The notes under the pieces are model-generated. The model was not told where the DNA came from, ran no database searches, and saw only the letters and a list, made by a program, of their open reading frames with translations. A DNA stretch of 64,000 bases from Gammaproteobacteria bacterium (GTDB lineage: Bacteria > Pseudomonadota > Gammaproteobacteria > JAABTG01): assembly GCA_017999615.1 (NCBI GenBank), contig JAGNLM010000003.1, forward strand, positions 166,793 to 230,792, given 5' to 3'. Every line of letters starts with the position of its first letter. Positions within the stretch are counted from its first letter, which is position 1. Below are positions 60,991 to 64,000 of this stretch, one piece after another. A program made the position numbers and the translations under genes.

Positions 60991-61799
60991 GGCCGCTCCA
61001 GCTTGGCGGGCCGGGCGGGCCGGGCGGGGGAGTCGCTCGCGTCCCCGGGGTTGGGGGCGATCCAGACCAGGGTGGCGATGCGCCCGGTCACGCCGTCCCG
61101 GCGGTAGGAGTAGAAGCGCTCCCCGTCCCCGTAGGTGCAGAGCCCGCCGCCGTAGACCTCCCCGACCCCGGCGCGGGCGAGCCGCCGGCGGGCGAGGGCG
61201 TACATGTCCGCGAGCCAGTGCCCGGGGCGTCCGCTCGGGGTAAAGGCGCCCGCGGTCCCCGGGTCGGGGGCGAGGAAGGCCTCGCGCACCTCCTCTCCCA
61301 CCTCGTAGGCCTCGGCTCCGATGCCGGGCCCGAGCCATGCCAGGACCTCCCCGGGCGGTCGCCCGAGGGCTGCGAGGGTCGCCTCGAGCACGCCCGCCGC
61401 GAGGCCCCGCCAGCCGGCGTGGGCGGCTCCGACCCGGGAGCCGTCCCGGGTGCAGAAGAGCACCGGCAGGCAGTCCGCCGTCAGCACCGCGCAGACCGGC
61501 CCCGGCCGCTGAGCGACGCTCGCGTCGGCCTCCGGGGCCGTGGGCAGGCCTCCCCGGTCGGCGCCGGCGTCGACCACGACCGCGCCGTGGACCTGGGCGA
61601 GCCAGGCGGGCTCGGCGGGCAGGCCGAGCCGGGAGCGAAGTGCGGCCCGGTTCTCGGCCACCCGTTGCGGGTCGTCCCCCACATGGGTCGCGAGGTTGAA
61701 GGAGGCGTAGCGCCCCGAGCTCGCACCACCCCCCCGGGTGGTGGTGACAGCGCGCACCCCCGGCGGCGCCGGCCAGTCGGGCAGAAGGGTCAGGGTCAC
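60987..61799 (-). CDS. pgeF: Peptidoglycan editing factor PgeF (YfiH, laccase-domain protein)
   Basis: TADCLPVLF, GAAHAGWRG, FYSYRRDG. Confidence 0.9.
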   Translation of the reverse strand: MTLTLLPDWPAPPGVRAVTTTRGGGASSGRYASFNLATHVGDDPQRVAENRAALRSRLGLPAEPAWLAQVHGAVVVDAGADRGGLPTAPEADASVAQRPGPVCAVLTADCLPVLFCTRDGSRVGAAHAGWRGLAAGVLEATLAALGRPPGEVLAWLGPGIGAEAYEVGEEVREAFLAPDPGTAGAFTPSGRPGHWLADMYALARRRLARAGVGEVYGGGLCTYGDGERFYSYRRDGVTGRIATLVWIAPNPGDASDSPARPARPAKLERP

Positions 61800-62836
61800 C
61801 GGCGCCCCCGCACGGTGCGGCCCCCCCCGGTCCCGTCCCCGGGCGGATCACCCCGAGCCCCCTCGGGGGGCGCCGCGGCGAGGCCCGGGTGGAGGTCCTC
61901 TGCGAGGGAGCGGAGCAGGGCGCGCAGGTCGGCCGGGAGGGGCGACTCCCACGACATTGGGCTCCCGGTCGCGGGGTGGGTGAGCTCCAGGCGGGCGGCG
62001 TGCAGGGCCTGGCGGCGGAAGGCGCGCAGCGCCCCGGCGAGCTCGGGGCTGCACCCTGCCGGGATGCGCAGCCGGCCGCCGTAGACCGGGTCGCCCACGA
62101 GGGGGTGGTGCAGGGAAGCCAGGTGCACGCGGACCTGGTGGGTCCGCCCGGTCTCCAGACGCACCCGCACGTGGGTGTGGGCCCGGAACCGCGCCACCAC
62201 CCGGTAGTGGGTGACCGCCGGGCGACCGCCCGGGACCACCGCCATGCGGGTGCGGTGGCGGGGGTCGCGCCCGATGGGGGCGTCGACCGTGCCGCCGCCG
62301 GTCAGCACCCCCGTGGCGACGGCCTCGTACTCGCGCACCACGGAGTGCTCGCGCAGCTGCTCCACGAGCGAGCGGTGCGCCCGCAGCGTGCGGGCGACCA
62401 CCAGCAGGCCCGAGGTGTCCTTGTCGATCCGGTGCACGATGCCCGAGCGCGGCAGACGGGCGAGGTCGGGGTCCCGGTGCAGGAGGGCGTTCACCAGGGT
62501 GCGGTCCGGGTTGCCGGCCGCGGGGTGCACCACGAGACCGGCGGGCTTGTCGACCACCAGCAGGTCGGCGTCCTCGTAGAGGACTTCGACCGGCATCTCC
62601 TGGGCCTCCCAGCGCTCGTCGCGGGGAAGGCTGCCGCGGACCTCGATCCAGTCGCCGCCCCGAACCGGGTCCCGGGCCCGCAGGGGCCCGCGGTCGCACT
62701 GCACCCGGTCCTCGCGCAGCCACTGCTGGAGCCGGGTGCGGGAGAAGTCCGGCAGGAGCGCGGCGAGCGCGCGGTCCAGACGCAGCCCGGCCAGCTCGGC
62801 CGGGACCTGGACCCGGATGGGCTCGAGCTCCGTCAT
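61796..62836 (-). CDS. rluD: 23S rRNA pseudouridine synthase RluD
   Basis: S4 domain (RLDRALAALLPDFSRTRLQQWL), HRIDKDTSGLLVVA, and an about 40-aa Gly/Pro/Arg-rich C-terminal tail. Confidence 0.9.
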   Translation of the reverse strand: MTELEPIRVQVPAELAGLRLDRALAALLPDFSRTRLQQWLREDRVQCDRGPLRARDPVRGGDWIEVRGSLPRDERWEAQEMPVEVLYEDADLLVVDKPAGLVVHPAAGNPDRTLVNALLHRDPDLARLPRSGIVHRIDKDTSGLLVVARTLRAHRSLVEQLREHSVVREYEAVATGVLTGGGTVDAPIGRDPRHRTRMAVVPGGRPAVTHYRVVARFRAHTHVRVRLETGRTHQVRVHLASLHHPLVGDPVYGGRLRIPAGCSPELAGALRAFRRQALHAARLELTHPATGSPMSWESPLPADLRALLRSLAEDLHPGLAAAPPEGARGDPPGDGTGGGRTVRGRR

Positions 62837-62881
62837 CCCTCGTGCTTGGTCCCGAGACCCGCCCTGCGATACCCTACGCGC

Positions 62882-63670
62882 ATGATCCTGCGACACCTTT
62901 CCGCGATGGTCCTGGTGAGCCTGGTGGCCCTGAGCGCCGGCTGCGGCATGCTCCCCGAGAAGAGCGACGAGACGCGCGACTGGTCGGCCCAGAAGCTCTA
63001 CTCCGAGGCCCGCGGCGCGCTGAACGACGGGAACTACTCTCAGTCCGTCGGTTACTACGAGAAGCTAGAGGCGCGCTACCCGTTTGGCAAGTACGCCCAG
63101 CAGGCCCAGCTCGAGATCGCCTACGCATACTACAAGGACGAGGAGCCCGATTCCGCCCTCGCGGCCCTCGACCGCTTCATCAAGCTGAACCCGCGCCACC
63201 CCAACATCGACTACGCCCTCTACCTGAAGGGGCTGGTGAACTACAACCGCGGCCAGGGGCTGGTGGAGCGCTTCCTCCCCGTCGACCCGGCCGACCGCGA
63301 CCCCGGCGCGGCGCTGCAGTCCTTCGAGGACTTCTCGCAGCTGGTGCGCCAGTACCCCGAGAGCAGCTACGCCGAGGACGCCCGCCAGCGCATGCTCTAC
63401 CTGCGCAACAACCTGGCGCTGCACGAGCTGCGGGTCGCGAAGTACTACATGCGCCGCGGCGCGTACGTGGCCGCCGCGAACCGGGCCAAGTACGTGGTGG
63501 AGAACTACCCCCGCACGCCGGCGGTCCCCGACTCCCTCTCGGTGCTGGCGAAGGCCTACCGGGAGCTCGGGTTGAAAGAGTTCGCGGACGACGCTATGCG
63601 GGTGCTGCGCACCAACCACCCCGAGCACCCCGGGGTCTCCGAGGCCGGCCGCACGCTCGGCGACGGCTGA
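62882..63670 (+). CDS. bamD: Outer-membrane protein assembly factor BamD
   Basis: Lipobox LSAG|CG. TPR-like repeats. Divergent from rluD, as in E. coli. Confidence 0.9.
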   Translation: MILRHLSAMVLVSLVALSAGCGMLPEKSDETRDWSAQKLYSEARGALNDGNYSQSVGYYEKLEARYPFGKYAQQAQLEIAYAYYKDEEPDSALAALDRFIKLNPRHPNIDYALYLKGLVNYNRGQGLVERFLPVDPADRDPGAALQSFEDFSQLVRQYPESSYAEDARQRMLYLRNNLALHELRVAKYYMRRGAYVAAANRAKYVVENYPRTPAVPDSLSVLAKAYRELGLKEFADDAMRVLRTNHPEHPGVSEAGRTLGDG

Positions 63671-63700
63671 CCCGGCGACGGCTGACTCGGCGACGGCTGA
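63656..63700 (+). repeat. Three tandem 15-nt units, each ending in TGA, at the bamD 3' end
   Basis: CTCGGCGACGGCTGA / CCCGGCGACGGCTGA / CTCGGCGACGGCTGA. The first TGA is the bamD stop. Confidence 0.95.
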
Positions 63701-63734
63701 GGGCTGCCCCCGGCCGCCTCAGGGGGTGTAGAGC

Positions 63735-64000
<266 letters not shown>

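Overview
High-GC gammaproteobacterial chromosome segment with no rRNA, tRNA, CRISPR array, integrase or transposase that I could recognise. About 17.1-64 kb is tightly packed, mostly syntenic housekeeping DNA. It holds a degenerate PAS-GGDEF gene, osmC, crp/vfr, trpCDGE-gph-rpe, an SLT transglycosylase, a LysR gene, an FNR/Dnr-box-driven norCB cluster with a Dnr-type regulator, and ubiT/ubiUV. It continues with phoH2, gcvR, dapA-bamC, der-bamB-yfgM-hisS-rodZ-pilW-rlmN-ndk, a cNMP-binding protein, iscR, cysE, ispG, lipB, nagZ and a thioredoxin-TPR protein. The last part holds zapD-coaE-pilDCB, clpB, an acyltransferase, pgeF-rluD, bamD and the 3' part of a PII gene. Positions 1-17.1 kb are accessory and mosaic, and visibly more A/T-rich in patches. 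They contain: (i) a dispersed set of pilin-like genes, including three oversized paralogues with a shared LPCPD signature, none next to pilus machinery, interleaved with a VPLPA/PEP-CTERM-type exported protein and two other exported proteins; (ii) a higBA module; (iii) an orphan multi-TM histidine kinase, an orphan ABC-2-type permease and a membrane class III adenylate cyclase; (iv) a sigma-54-type promoter in front of a long type IV pilin; (v) a 2.5-kb toxin-antitoxin 'graveyard' in which intact modules abut truncated remnants of older modules, bracketed or punctuated by a 79-nt direct repeat and a GGGGTCGAA palindromic repeat family. The features most worth follow-up are the LPCPD pilin-like family, the nested TA island (including an amber-interrupted antitoxin next to an intact VapC), the repeat families at module borders, and a 114-bp element with 26-bp perfect terminal inverted repeats abutting the clpB promoter. 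All functional calls rest on motif and family recognition by eye from the translated ORFs; no database search was run.
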